Part shown: positions 53,183 to 64,000 of the stretch, piece by piece
Numbering within the stretch: the stretch's first letter is position 1
Layout: each line of letters begins with the position of its first letter
Source: Eledone cirrhosa
Lineage: Eukaryota
Direction of reading: 5' to 3'
Length of the DNA stretch: 64,000 bases
Assembly: GCA_964016885.1 (NCBI GenBank)
Contig: OZ024741.1
Location: 293,198,001-293,262,000, forward strand
Program-made: the position numbers and the translations under genes
Notes under the pieces: model-generated
Told to the model about the DNA's origin: nothing
What the model saw: only the letters and a program-made list of their open reading frames with translations
Databases searched by the model: none

Positions 53183-53209
53183 GTATGTATGTATATTTGT
53201 ATACAGATA

Positions 53210-53240
<31 letters not shown>

Positions 53241-53371
53241 GTATGTATGTATCTATGTATGTATGTATGTATGTATACAGATATACATATATATATATAT
53301 ATATATATACACACACTTATATATTCACACGAACACGCATATATGTATATATATATATATGTATATATATG
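52884..53371. repeat. (TA)n/(TATG)n microsatellite
   Basis: About 490 bp of simple repeat. Confidence 0.95.
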
Positions 53372-53724
53372 TAGAAAAGAAAACGAAAAATCAGTGATGC
53401 ATCTGAACTCAATTTATTGTGTGCTACAATTGTTTCGCCGGCGGATAGCTCAAGACGTAATCGTTGTGTGGATCTGTTTGATTCTGGACCCGCAGGTTCG
53501 ACGGACACGTCTCATGATTTTGGAACATTGCGGGTCCAGAATCAGACAGATCCACACAATGATCACGTCTTGAGCTGTCCGCATGCAAAACAATTGTAAC
53601 ACACAATAAAGTGAGTTCAGATGCATCACTGATTTTTTGTTTTCTATTATATCATACTCTGCTCTGTAAGAGAATAGAGTGCTCAACCGGCTTACTGCCG
53701 ATGGAAGCATCTTAGCTACCATCA

Positions 53725-53730
<6 letters not shown>
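53372..53730. mobile_element. Family E inverted-repeat element, second locus
   Basis: Arms 53379-53494 and 53529-53645. Homologous to 26467-26965, including the tail ctctgctctgtaaga...atggaagca...agctaccat. Confidence 0.75.
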
Positions 53731-53761
<31 letters not shown>

Positions 53762-53766
<5 letters not shown>

Positions 53767-53891
53767 AGTAAGTAAGACCCCGACGGCTGAGCTCAAGCCG
53801 TTTCGACGGCTAATTCTGTACGTATAATTGAGTACAGAATTAGCCGTCGAAACGGCTTGAGCTCAGCCATCGGGGTCTTACTTACTCCTAT
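53762..53891. repeat. 60-bp-arm hairpin with one mismatch and a 10-nt loop
   Basis: 53762-53821 is the reverse complement of 53832-53891. Confidence 0.92.
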
Positions 53892-53985
53892 TACCCACTC
53901 TACTACCCTAAGTATTGAGTACTTTGGTGCGTTATGGTCCACCTGGTTCCTTACCACTTTTCCCTCGCTATATATATATATATAA

Positions 53986-54039
<54 letters not shown>

Positions 54040-54042
<3 letters not shown>

Positions 54043-54172
54043 TATATATGCAAAAGTTTTATATAAAATTGTTGGGTTACAACAAGTAAATATTTTATAA
54101 CTGATATAAAGCACTCAACAAGTTTTGGAGTAGATATACGATATCGTATAAATATATATATATATCGTATAA

Positions 54173-54204
<32 letters not shown>

Positions 54205-54390
54205 GTATATATATATATCTGTATGGATATATATATATTTATATATAGATATATATGTATGTATATATATATATATATATAAATATATATGCGAAAGTTC
54301 TATTTAAAATTGTTGGGATACAACAAGTAAATATTTTATAACTGATATAAAGCACTCGACAAGTTTTTGGAGTAGATATACGATATTAAT
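54040..54390. repeat. About 100-bp direct duplication separated by (TA)n
   Basis: aaaattgttggg.tacaacaagtaaatattttataactgatataaagcactc occurs at about 54066 and 54306. Confidence 0.8.
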
Positions 54391-54462
54391 AAATGGAAAT
54401 TATATTTATAAAACCATATTTATTTCATTACACATATTTTATATATATATATATATTTATAT

Positions 54463-56197
54463 CATCATCATCATCATCATCAACGTTTAACGTCCGTGTT
54501 CCACGCTTGCATGGGTTTGGGCGGGGGTAGTCCCACTTGAGGCAAGAGTGATTGTCTTGCTCGCATAGGACTGTCTGGCAGGTTTCCTACAGTTGGATGC
54601 CCTTCCTAACACCAACCACATTTACAGTGTGGGTCTGGGAGGTTTTTACCGTGTTGCCTACACGGCCACATTACAGCGTGGACTGTGTGTTTTTTTGTCG
54701 TGACACCTACACGATCTCATTTGTTTCGGCCTGGATGGCGCGGCACCAACATAACTTTACATAGAACGGGGTGGTGTGGATGGGTGGGGGTGGTGGCGGG
54801 ACGGGGTGTATTTTGTTAGAGATGCCTACTGGCAAGGCGGGTCTTCTCTGTTACTGAGTACCGCCAAAGGTCTCGGTCCAGTGACATTGTCTTGGAGAGG
54901 TGTAAGTGTGTGAGGTCGGAGTTTATCAGCTCGTCCCAGGTTTTTCTAGGTCTGCCTATTCCGTGGCTACCGTCTATCTTTATTGCCCTGTACTTTGTTA
55001 TACAGCTATCGACTTTCATGCGCATCACGTGTCCATACCAACGTAGCCTTCTCTCGAGTAAACAACATCTGATCCCTCTTATCTCTAATTTTTTCCTTAG
55101 TTCGTTTATGCTTTGCCGTTCACGTATATTACTGTTACACATCCAGCGGAGCATGCAAGCTTCGTTCCTCTCTAGTCTGCGTATATCCTCTGCACACAAT
55201 GCCCAGGTCTCACTGCCATGCAACATTGCTGTTCGTATGCAGGCATCGTACAACCTGCCTTTCATTTTTAGGGAGAACCCTTTAGCAGCTAATAGTGGTA
55301 TAAGCTCTCTGAACTTTTTCCAACCAGTTCTGACTCTAGCTACAGTACTTTCAGAGCACCCTCCCCCACTGCTGATTTTATCGCCCAGGTAACGGAAGCT
55401 GTCCACTATTTCTATAGAACCCTCTGCACAATTGAAAGAGCTAGTATTTTGTGGGCACTTGCTGCTACTTATTGCACCAGAACACCGGCCACATGTAAAA
55501 TCTATGTTCTTAGTTAGCTTACCTGTGATCCCACTACATCTTTTATGCACCCATACTTTGCATTTAGGACATAAAATGGAGTTTCTACCTACGCCTTTCC
55601 TACACACCGAGCACGACCATTTCCCAGAAGGGACCGCCGCCTTGTTTTCTTTCCTACAAACTAGTACTTTGGTCTTAGCCAGGTTAATTTTAAGTCCTTT
55701 TGACTCTAGGCCGTGCTTCCATGTTTGGAATTTCTTCTCTAGCTCGGCCATTGATTCCGCTATGAGTGTCAGGTCGTCTGCGTATAGGAGTTCCCACGGG
55801 CAGCCTGTCTTGAACTCCTCTGTTATAGCCTGAAGGGCAATAATAAATAGTAGGGGGCTGAGAACAGAGCCCTGATGGACGCCAACTTTTACGCTAAACT
55901 CTTCACTATATTCGTTGTTAATTCTAACCTTGCTGACTGTTTTTTTATACATGGCTTGTATAGCCCTCACAAGCCATTCGTCAACGCCTAGTTTTCTAAG
56001 AGACCACCAGATAATGGAGCGGGGGACTCTGTCGAAGGCTTTCTCCAGGTCGACAAAAGCTAAGTAGAGGGGTTTACCTTTAGCTAGGTACTTCTCCTGT
56101 AGTTGTCGTACTATGAAAAGAGCGTCTGTGGTGCTTTTGCCTGACACAAACCCAAACTGCATTTCATCTAGGTCAATTCTCTCTCTGATTAGTTGCG
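54463..56197 (-). mobile_element. RTE LINE, 1.7-kb 5'-truncated young copy with uninterrupted 448-aa RT C-terminal ORF (54816-56162)
   Basis: DLEKAFD, GVHQGSVLSPLLF, YADD, C4HC3 finger, FRYLG, HGSETW and GRPRKTW. It has a (GAT)n tail and TA flanks. Confidence 0.95.
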
Positions 56198-56255
56198 TAT
56201 ATATATATATTAATTCAAAATATTAACAAAAATAGACATTCGTGTGATCAAGGAT

Positions 56256-56320
56256 ATTTTATTATACATATTTCAGAGGTACTGAGCTATCTTCAACAGT
56301 ACGTCCTCATCAGATAAAAT
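56256..56320 (-). ncRNA. Minimal type I hammerhead ribozyme
   Basis: ATTTTAT-CTGATGA-GGACGTACTG..CAGTACCTCT-GAA-ATATGTAT-A^ATAAAAT. Stem III is self-complementary using G-U pairs. Confidence 0.75.
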
Positions 56321-56522
56321 AATGATTTATTGATTTATTGATTTACTCATTGAACCTTGTTTAACCTTTAAATATATTTATATATATATGTATATATTTA
56401 TATATATATATATATATATATGTGTGTATATATATATATATATGTATATATATGTATATATTTACACATATATATGTGTATATATATATATGTATATATA
56501 TGTATATATATGTATATATATG

Positions 56523-56553
<31 letters not shown>

Positions 56554-56554
56554 G

Positions 56555-56586
<32 letters not shown>

Positions 56587-56649
56587 TGTATATATATGTA
56601 TATATATATATATATGTACATATATAATGTATAATAAACAATACAATAT

Positions 56650-56727
56650 AATTACCTCATTACCAGAGGTTTCCTGAATAAGACGAATACAAGAAACGTC
56701 CTCATTCGTTCGTCAGACAAGGCAATT
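56650..56727 (-). ncRNA. Type I hammerhead ribozyme candidate
   Basis: AATTGCCTTGT-CTGACGA-[GAATGA.GACG/CGTC.TTATTC]-GAA-ACC tct GGT-A^ATGAGGTAATT. Stem I is 11 bp including G-U pairs, and the base of stem II is mismatched. Confidence 0.6.
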
Positions 56728-57194
56728 TAAAACATAGTGAAATATTTGAAAAATCTCCTCAAGAAAGGCAAAAATTTAACGGACCCCAAAAATATATAAA
56801 TAAAAGTAATGTAAGAGATATATAAAAATAAAATAAGGAAATATAGTTAGGGTATGTGTATAAATGTGTGTATATTCACTCACAAATGTACATATGTGTG
56901 TATGTACAAATACATGCGTATAGTGAAAAAATGTGTGCGTAAGTACATATATGAGGGAAATCATATCAGTGTATGTGTGACCACAAATACGTATATAATA
57001 TATGTTGAAAAAGAAATTGTAAGATAATAGAGTTAATGTACATCCAGACTCAGGTACTAAGGATTGAAATATATACACATGCAAGTATGAAAGCACGCGT
57101 ATAAACACACACACGCGCGTGCGACCACATACATGCGAGTGATGTATACAGGGAAGGGAGTGTATCAGTCAAAGCAGTGTCAGTCTGAAGGTCG

Positions 57195-57510
<316 letters not shown>

Positions 57511-57703
57511 ATTTAGGTTTGTTGGTTCACCACTGGATAGAACTGGGCATTCCATATGGTCAATCTTGATGTAATATTATGGAGAGCACTCAACGTAATG
57601 CAACTCACCTGTCATTCTTTGTGTAGTTGGTGGTGCGAGTACAGAGTTAACTATTATAAAATAACAGCAGGCTGGACTGGTGTATATCCTTGAAAGGTTT
57701 ATT

Positions 57704-57761
57704 ATACAATGATCATTTCAATTGACGGGTTCAGTATAAATCCGGTGGCATCATCAGGTAT
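57704..57761 (-). ncRNA. Degenerate minimal hammerhead within a short inverted-repeat element (57654-57920)
   Basis: ATAC-CTGATGA...GAA-ATGATCAT-T^GTAT with palindromic stem III and weak stem II. A hairpin at 57841-57909 lies nearby. Confidence 0.5.
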
Positions 57762-57942
57762 TCAAAATATAACAAAAGAATATAACAGATAAAATCCATG
57801 AGGCTGAAAATCATAGACAAGAAGACGACCGACTATTTAGCAGCTTCTACCTCAGTCAGCCGCCCTCGAGTCGGCCACACTCGAGGGTGGCCAACTGAGG
57901 TAGAAGCTGTTATTTTATAATACATATATATGTGTATATATA

Positions 57943-58270
57943 TCATCATCATCATCATTTTACATCCGCTTTTCCCTGCTTGCAAGGGTGGGATGGGAAC
58001 TGATTCTGGCTTGATTTCTACAGCTGGATGCCCTTCCTGACACCAACCTCATTTACAGTGAGTGCTGGGTGCTTTTTTTGTCGTGGCACCTCCACGATCA
58101 CTTAGCAGTGGAATGATAGGGACCCCAGTGCCTATCATCTCGTTTCTACAGCTGAGTAAACTGGAGCAATGTGAAATAAAGTGTCTTGCTCAAGGAAACA
58201 ACACATCACCCGGTCTGAGAATTAAACTCACAACCTTTCGATTGCAAGGCCAATGCTGTAACCACTTGCA
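57943..58270 (-). mobile_element. tRNA-derived SINE with RTE-like 3' tail and (GAT)n end
   Basis: The head and body match the SINE at 52205. The 3' part matches the RTE 3' UTR (cactcactgtaaatgaggttggtg..aggaagggcatccagctgtagaaatcaagcc). Confidence 0.8.
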
Positions 58271-58324
58271 ATGTACATATATATACATATGTATATATAT
58301 ATATATTTATATATGAATAAAATC

Positions 58325-59566
58325 AGATAAAATCAAAAGGCCTTAAAATTAACCTGGCTAAGACTAAAGTTCTAGTTTGTAGGAAGGAAAATAGGGCACT
58401 GGTCCCATCTGGGAAATGGCCATGCTCAGTGTGTAGGAAAGGAGTAGGCAGAAACTCCATTTTATGTTCCAAATGCAAATTATGGGTGCATAAAAGATGT
58501 AGTGGGATCACAGGTAAGCTAACTAAGAATATAGATTTTATATGTGGCCGGTGCTGAGGTGCAATAAGTAGCAGCAAGTGCCCACAGAATACTAGCTCAT
58601 TCCATTGCACAGATGTTTCTATAGAAATAGTGGACACCTTCTGTTACCTGGGTGACAAAATCAGCAGTGGTGGAGGGTGCTCTGAAAGTACAGTAGCTAG
58701 AGTCAGAACGGGATGGAAAAAGTTCAGAGAGCTGATACCACTATTGGCCGCTAAAGGGTTCTCTCTAATAATGAAAGGCAGGCTGTATGATGCCTGCATA
58801 CGAAAAACAAAGTTACATGGCAGTGAGACTTTGGCATTGTGTGCAGAGGATATATGCAGACTGGAGAGGAACGAAGCTTGCATGCTCCGTTGGATGTGTA
58901 ATAGTAATATACGTGAACGGCAAAGCATAAATGAACTAAGGCAGAAATTAGAAATAAGAGGAATCAGATGTTGTTTACTCGAGTGAAGACTACGTTGGTA
59001 TGGTCACGTGATGCACATGAAAGACGACAGCTATATAAAAAAGTGCAGGGTGATAAAAATAGACGGTATACACGGAGTAGGCAGACCCAGAAAAACCTGG
59101 GACGGCTTGATAAATTCCGTCCTCATACACTTACACCTCTCCAAGACAATGTCACTGGACCGAGATCTTTGGCGCTACACAGTAATACAGAAGACCCGCC
59201 TTGCCTACAAGGCGGGTCTTCTGTACAAAAATACACCCGTGATCCACCACCCCACCCCATCCACACCACCCCTTTTGATGTAAAGTTATGTTGGTACCAC
59301 AACACCCAGTCCGAAATGAGGTCGTGCAGGTGTCACGAAAAAATAACACACAGTCCACGCTGTAATGTGGCCATGTAGGTAACACGGTAAAAACCTCCCA
59401 GTCCACACTGTAAACGTGGTTGGTGTTAGGAAGGGCATCCAGCCGTAGAAAACCCGCCAGACAGTCCTATATGAGCAAGACAACCAATCTTGCCTCAAGT
59501 GGGAAAATTCCCGTCCAAACCCAGGCAAGCGTGGAAGATGGACGTTAAACAATGATGATGATGATG
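58325..59566 (+). mobile_element. RTE LINE 3' fragment with stops
   Basis: ORFs 58630-58986 and 59008-59283, followed by the 3' UTR and a (GAT)n tail. Confidence 0.92.
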
Positions 59567-59569
59567 AAT

Positions 59570-60230
59570 AAAATTAGACCTTCACCAGTGATCTTCTAAC
59601 CTTCATTGGTATTTCATCGCTTTAAAAATCATATACCTCTAGTTGGTGCGAGCAACAAGTAAATAAAGTTATTGGGACAAGTAAAATAGGGTGAAACGAG
59701 CGAGACATGTAAACAAACAAAGATGGTATTGCAACGGAAAGATAGGAAGAGACAAGTACATGATATCTATAAGCTTAAGCTTGGTGAAATCATGGACGAG
59801 AGATACAGACCATCCAACCTGGGTGAGATGTGAGCGAGAAAAGGATTTCACAAAAGTCAAACGGGAGGAAGTGAGAGAGGGAGAAGCAGAGAGTGAGTGA
59901 GTGGAAGTGTGAGGAAGAGGCCAGCTGAGAGAGAGTGTGACTGGCAGAGTGGCTAAAAAGAAGGTGAGAGGTACAGAGAGAGGGGAAGCAGTAAGAAAGC
60001 AACATACAGGTCGCAGCTGAGGAAAAAAATATAAATATAAGAAAAATGGAGTGCTGCATGGTTGCAATACCATCTTTGATTGTTTACATGTCTCGCTCGT
60101 TTCACCCTATTTTACTTGTCCCAATAACTTTATTTACTTGTTGCTCGCACCAACTAGAGGTATATGATTTTTAAAGCGATGAAATACCAATGAAAGTTGG
60201 AAGATCAATGATGAAGGACTAATTATATTT
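59570..60230. mobile_element. Subfamily B non-coding element with inverted duplication and two permuted-hammerhead copies (59577-59678 minus, 60118-60219 plus)
   Basis: 59572-59735 is inverted at 60061-60225. Homologous to the 10.1 kb element. Confidence 0.75.
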
Positions 60231-60266
60231 ATATATATATATATATATATATGGATATATATATGA

Positions 60267-60302
<36 letters not shown>

Positions 60303-60384
60303 ATAATAATAAATTTGAAGACTAAAATCCAAACAGGGCTCGATAAGGATAAATATATATCAAATATATAAGAACTGTAGAGCG

Positions 60385-60463
<79 letters not shown>

Positions 60464-60524
60464 GTATATATATGTATATATATGTATGTATATGTATATA
60501 TATGTATATATATATGTATATGTA

Positions 60525-60830
60525 TCATCATCATCATCATTTCATTTTACGTCCGCTTTTTCCCTGCTTGCAAGGGTGGGACGGGAACTGATGATGGCTT
60601 GATTTCTACAGCTGGATGCCCTTCCTAACACCAACCTCATTTACAGTGAGTGCTGGGTGCTTTTTTGCCGTGGCACCTCCACGACCACTTTGCAGTGGAA
60701 TGATATGGACCCCAGTCCCCATCATCTCATTTCTACAGCTGAGTAAACTGGAGCAATGTGAAATAAAGTGTCTTGCTCAAGGAAACAACACATCACCCAG
60801 TCTGAGAATTGAACTCACAACCTTTCGATT
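60525..60830 (-). mobile_element. tRNA-derived SINE with RTE-like tail
   Basis: Close copy of 57943-58270. Confidence 0.82.
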
Positions 60831-61180
60831 ATATATGTATATATATGTATATGTATATATACGTATATATATATGTATAAGTATATGTATATATATATGT
60901 ATATGTATCTATATATATATATATATATGTATAAGTATATGTATATATATATATATGTATATGTATATATATGTATATACTTTTCAAGTCACTGGCTGGA
61001 CTAAAAAGTCACACTTGTTCAGCGCATCGGTAGGGGTTCTCCTACATGGATGTAAAGTAGTGGCCGTACTCGAAAACGAGTTGGCAGCCACCATATATAT
61101 ATATATATATATGTATATACGTATGTATATATGTATATATATATGTATATATATATATATGTATATATTTATATATATAT

Positions 61181-61215
<35 letters not shown>

Positions 61216-62456
61216 GTATATATATATGTATATATTTATATATTATATATATATATTTATATATATATATGTGTATGTGGTGTGTGTGTGTTTGTGGTTG
61301 GAGATTTATTTGTGTAAGACAATGAAATGCTAGAATCTTTGTGTCAGATAGAATGCCTTGCAAGATTCATTCTAGCTTTTTTTGCTCTGAAATCAAATCC
61401 AGCCAAAGTCAATTTTTCTTTCTTTCTAGATTGTAACAGTAATTCAATGGTCCAACCTTGTCAAATGTACTCTGGAATACTTAATTATTATCATGTTAAT
61501 CTACTAAGTAATCCCTTTGGTTTAAGTATGGCTCTTTGATTTAGGAATTTGAATTATTTCCATTTATTTGCCCTAACTGGATATGTATGTTTCTAGATGA
61601 TCATCAATACAAGTGGCCGAAATGGAAATCCTCTGAAGGGTCTTTGAAGTAAAATTACTTGAAATATTGCAAAGCTCGGAGGTCAGAGTGTCACTCCAGT
61701 TAGAGCTGCTACTTCTCTGAATTGAGAGATCATCCTTTATGGGAAAAATGGCTAGATAACACCCATGAGCTCAGCTGATCTCACTTAGGGATCCAGGAAG
61801 ATCTGCTGGAAATGGTTGCTTTTGACAGGACCTGCTGGAAGGAGTGTTTAAGGATTCTACCCTCATGACCCTCTCAGGATAAGTGTGTAAAGAAGATGTA
61901 TGTATGTGCAACTTATGTGTGTGTATGTTTGTTTGTGTGTGAACATGTTATTTATATTTAGAAAGTTTATCTGCAACTGTGTGCATCGGAGCATGTGGGT
62001 GTTTGTATGTAGGAATCTGTATGTGTATATGTAAGTGGATGCTTCTCTATGTATGTGTGTGTATATATATATACATATATATATATATGTATATATATAC
62101 ACACATGATGTGTGTGTTAAACCGGGCGATGGATTAAGTCTACCAAAGCAGTGAAAACATCTCTGAAGTAGAAAAAGATTGTCTAGAAGTGTTTGAAAAG
62201 ATTCTGTGTCATTCAGATTATCAAATGTTGCGTGAAATCAAATAACTGTTGAGAAAAGATATAGAGAATATAATTTGAAAGGTGATTTAGTGAGGGTTTT
62301 TTTTTTTGCTGTTGCTGGTATTAGCTTTTCTTTTTTTTTTAATTTTACATCTTTTCAATTATCTATTACTAAACATCGCATCAGTAGTTTCTTTAAATCA
62401 TTATATAACATGAGGATGGTTGAGTTGCTCTTTTAGTGTTGGTTGATAATATACCA

Positions 62457-62590
62457 AGGTGGGGAATTGGCAGAGTTATTAGAGTGGCAGATTAAATACG
62501 ATTCTATGTAATGTTGGTTCCAGTTCATTGTGTTTTGAGTTCAACTCTTATCATGGTCAGCTTTGCTTTTCATCTTTTCTGATGTTAAGA
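62457..62590 (+). mobile_element. Degenerate tRNA-derived SINE
   Basis: ggtggggaattggcagag head, gagttcaactc, and ctttgcttttcatc. Confidence 0.55.
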
Positions 62591-63065
62591 ATAGTTCTTG
62601 TTCTTGTCTCAGAGATCAAATCCTGGCTCATGTCACAAGATAAACCATAATACGTTTGACAAAACTTTCAACACTCCAGACGGACTCAGTAATGATTCTA
62701 TGGTCAAATGAATGGAAAATATTCCCTTCCTTGAATCTAGAAATTGACTCTCTTCCTTCCTCTTTATCCTAATAATATATTCAATTTCTCTTTAACTTTA
62801 TATATATATATATATGTGTGTGTGCATAAACTTGACATGTGTGAACATGAACTTTGCCAATTGGCAGAGTTCTTAAAGCATCAGATTAAATGTAGTTTTT
62901 TCAGCTCACCATGATCTGATTTTAAATGCTATCTGTTCAAGCCAGTGAAATAGAGGAATAGTTACTGTTGGACTTATGGCCCTTTGTATTCTCAGTTCAC
63001 CTGTAATGTCACTGGTGCCAAGCTGTCTTGACAACATTGTTATGTGTGTGTATATATATATATTC

Positions 63066-63194
63066 ATTTTATTATAGAAATGACATCTACAGGAGTAGAG
63101 CTGTTTCATTTGTAAGAAATTCTCAGCTCTTTCCTGATGATTTCTTACAAATGAAACAATTTTAGTCATGTAGAAGTCATCTCTATAATAAAAT
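63066..63194. repeat. Nested inverted-repeat element with decayed hammerhead-like core
   Basis: Outer arms attttattatagaaatgacatctaca/tgtagaagtcatctctataataaaat and inner arms tgtttcatttgtaagaaat/atttcttacaaatgaaaca. CTGATGA is at 63134. A related end lies at 44155-44222. Confidence 0.65.
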
Positions 63195-63655
63195 TAATAC
63201 ATATATACACCACTGATATATTGAGTGACTGTTTTGACAGTGGTCACCTCATGATTTACATCAAGATCTTACTTATTATATATATACATAGATGTGTGTG
63301 TGTGAGTATAGTCTGAAGTCAGTTATTTAACACCTACAACAACCTAGATGCTGTGCTATCATCGTATTTTAGCCACCAATAGTCTTTAAAAGATTCTGAA
63401 ATGACTTGTTGCCACTATGTTGTCTCCTCTGACTCCTCCATGAAGGAAAATATAAGAGTGTTAATAATAGTAGAGCAGCGATCTTCAAAATATTTAGAGC
63501 ATTGACTTCATTATGGAATCCTTGACTCCTCATTGACTCCAGGCATGTACAAATATATATATATACATATATATATGTATATATATATATGTATATATAT
63601 ATGATGGCTGCCCCCTCGTTCTCGAGTATGGCTATTGCACGAGAAAAAAGAAAAC

Positions 63656-63689
<34 letters not shown>

Positions 63690-64000
63690 CAATAATAATG
63701 CTTTCTTTATTAACCACAAGGGTTTACATAAAGTAGACATTAAGGACAGTACAGGACAATACAGAACGGTACAAATGGGCATTTCTGCGTGTAAAAAACA
63801 AGAAACGGAGGATGTAATAATAGAACAATGATAACAACAATAATAATAACGACAACAACAACAATAATAATATACATATATATATATATATATACGCACA
63901 CACATAAACATATCTATACACACACAATAGCAATTAACAGCGCTGTGATCGAATGTGGCTTTTTAGCCCAGCCAATGATCTAAAATGTCTTGCACAGAGT

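Noticed and set aside
61590-61870. Possible host exon after ttctag
   Set aside because: Weak splice signals, stops in the frames, and no recognisable homology.

Overview
AT-rich, microsatellite-saturated animal DNA with no supportable host protein-coding gene. The repeat mix (RTE, CR1, Tx1, CRE, R4/Dong LINEs, Penelope-like remnants, tRNA-derived SINEs, long (TA)n tracts) suggests an octopus or other cephalopod intron or intergenic region; this is inference. The only intact long ORF is a 1130-aa R4/Dong-clade RT plus restriction-like endonuclease element (15740-19132, minus) sitting in a (TAA)n tract. The most interesting signal is non-coding. Several short elements inserted in (TA)n, arranged as partial tandem and inverted units of about 470-630 bp, carry hammerhead ribozyme motifs and resemble Penelope-mobilised retrozymes. 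Some motifs are canonical minimal type I hammerheads (23735, 56256, 56650). Seven copies from four diverged subfamilies (10.2, 10.7, 11.3, 12.6, 36.9, 59.6, 60.1 kb) have the three core strands in a non-circularly permuted order (stem III-UH-stem I, then GAAA-stem III, then stem I-CUGANGA), braced by extra helices that covary between subfamilies. The window also holds many fold-back palindromes and a candidate recursive splice site (AG|GTAAGT at 20333/20334). All RNA folds were made by eye, and element boundaries are approximate unless exact motifs are quoted.
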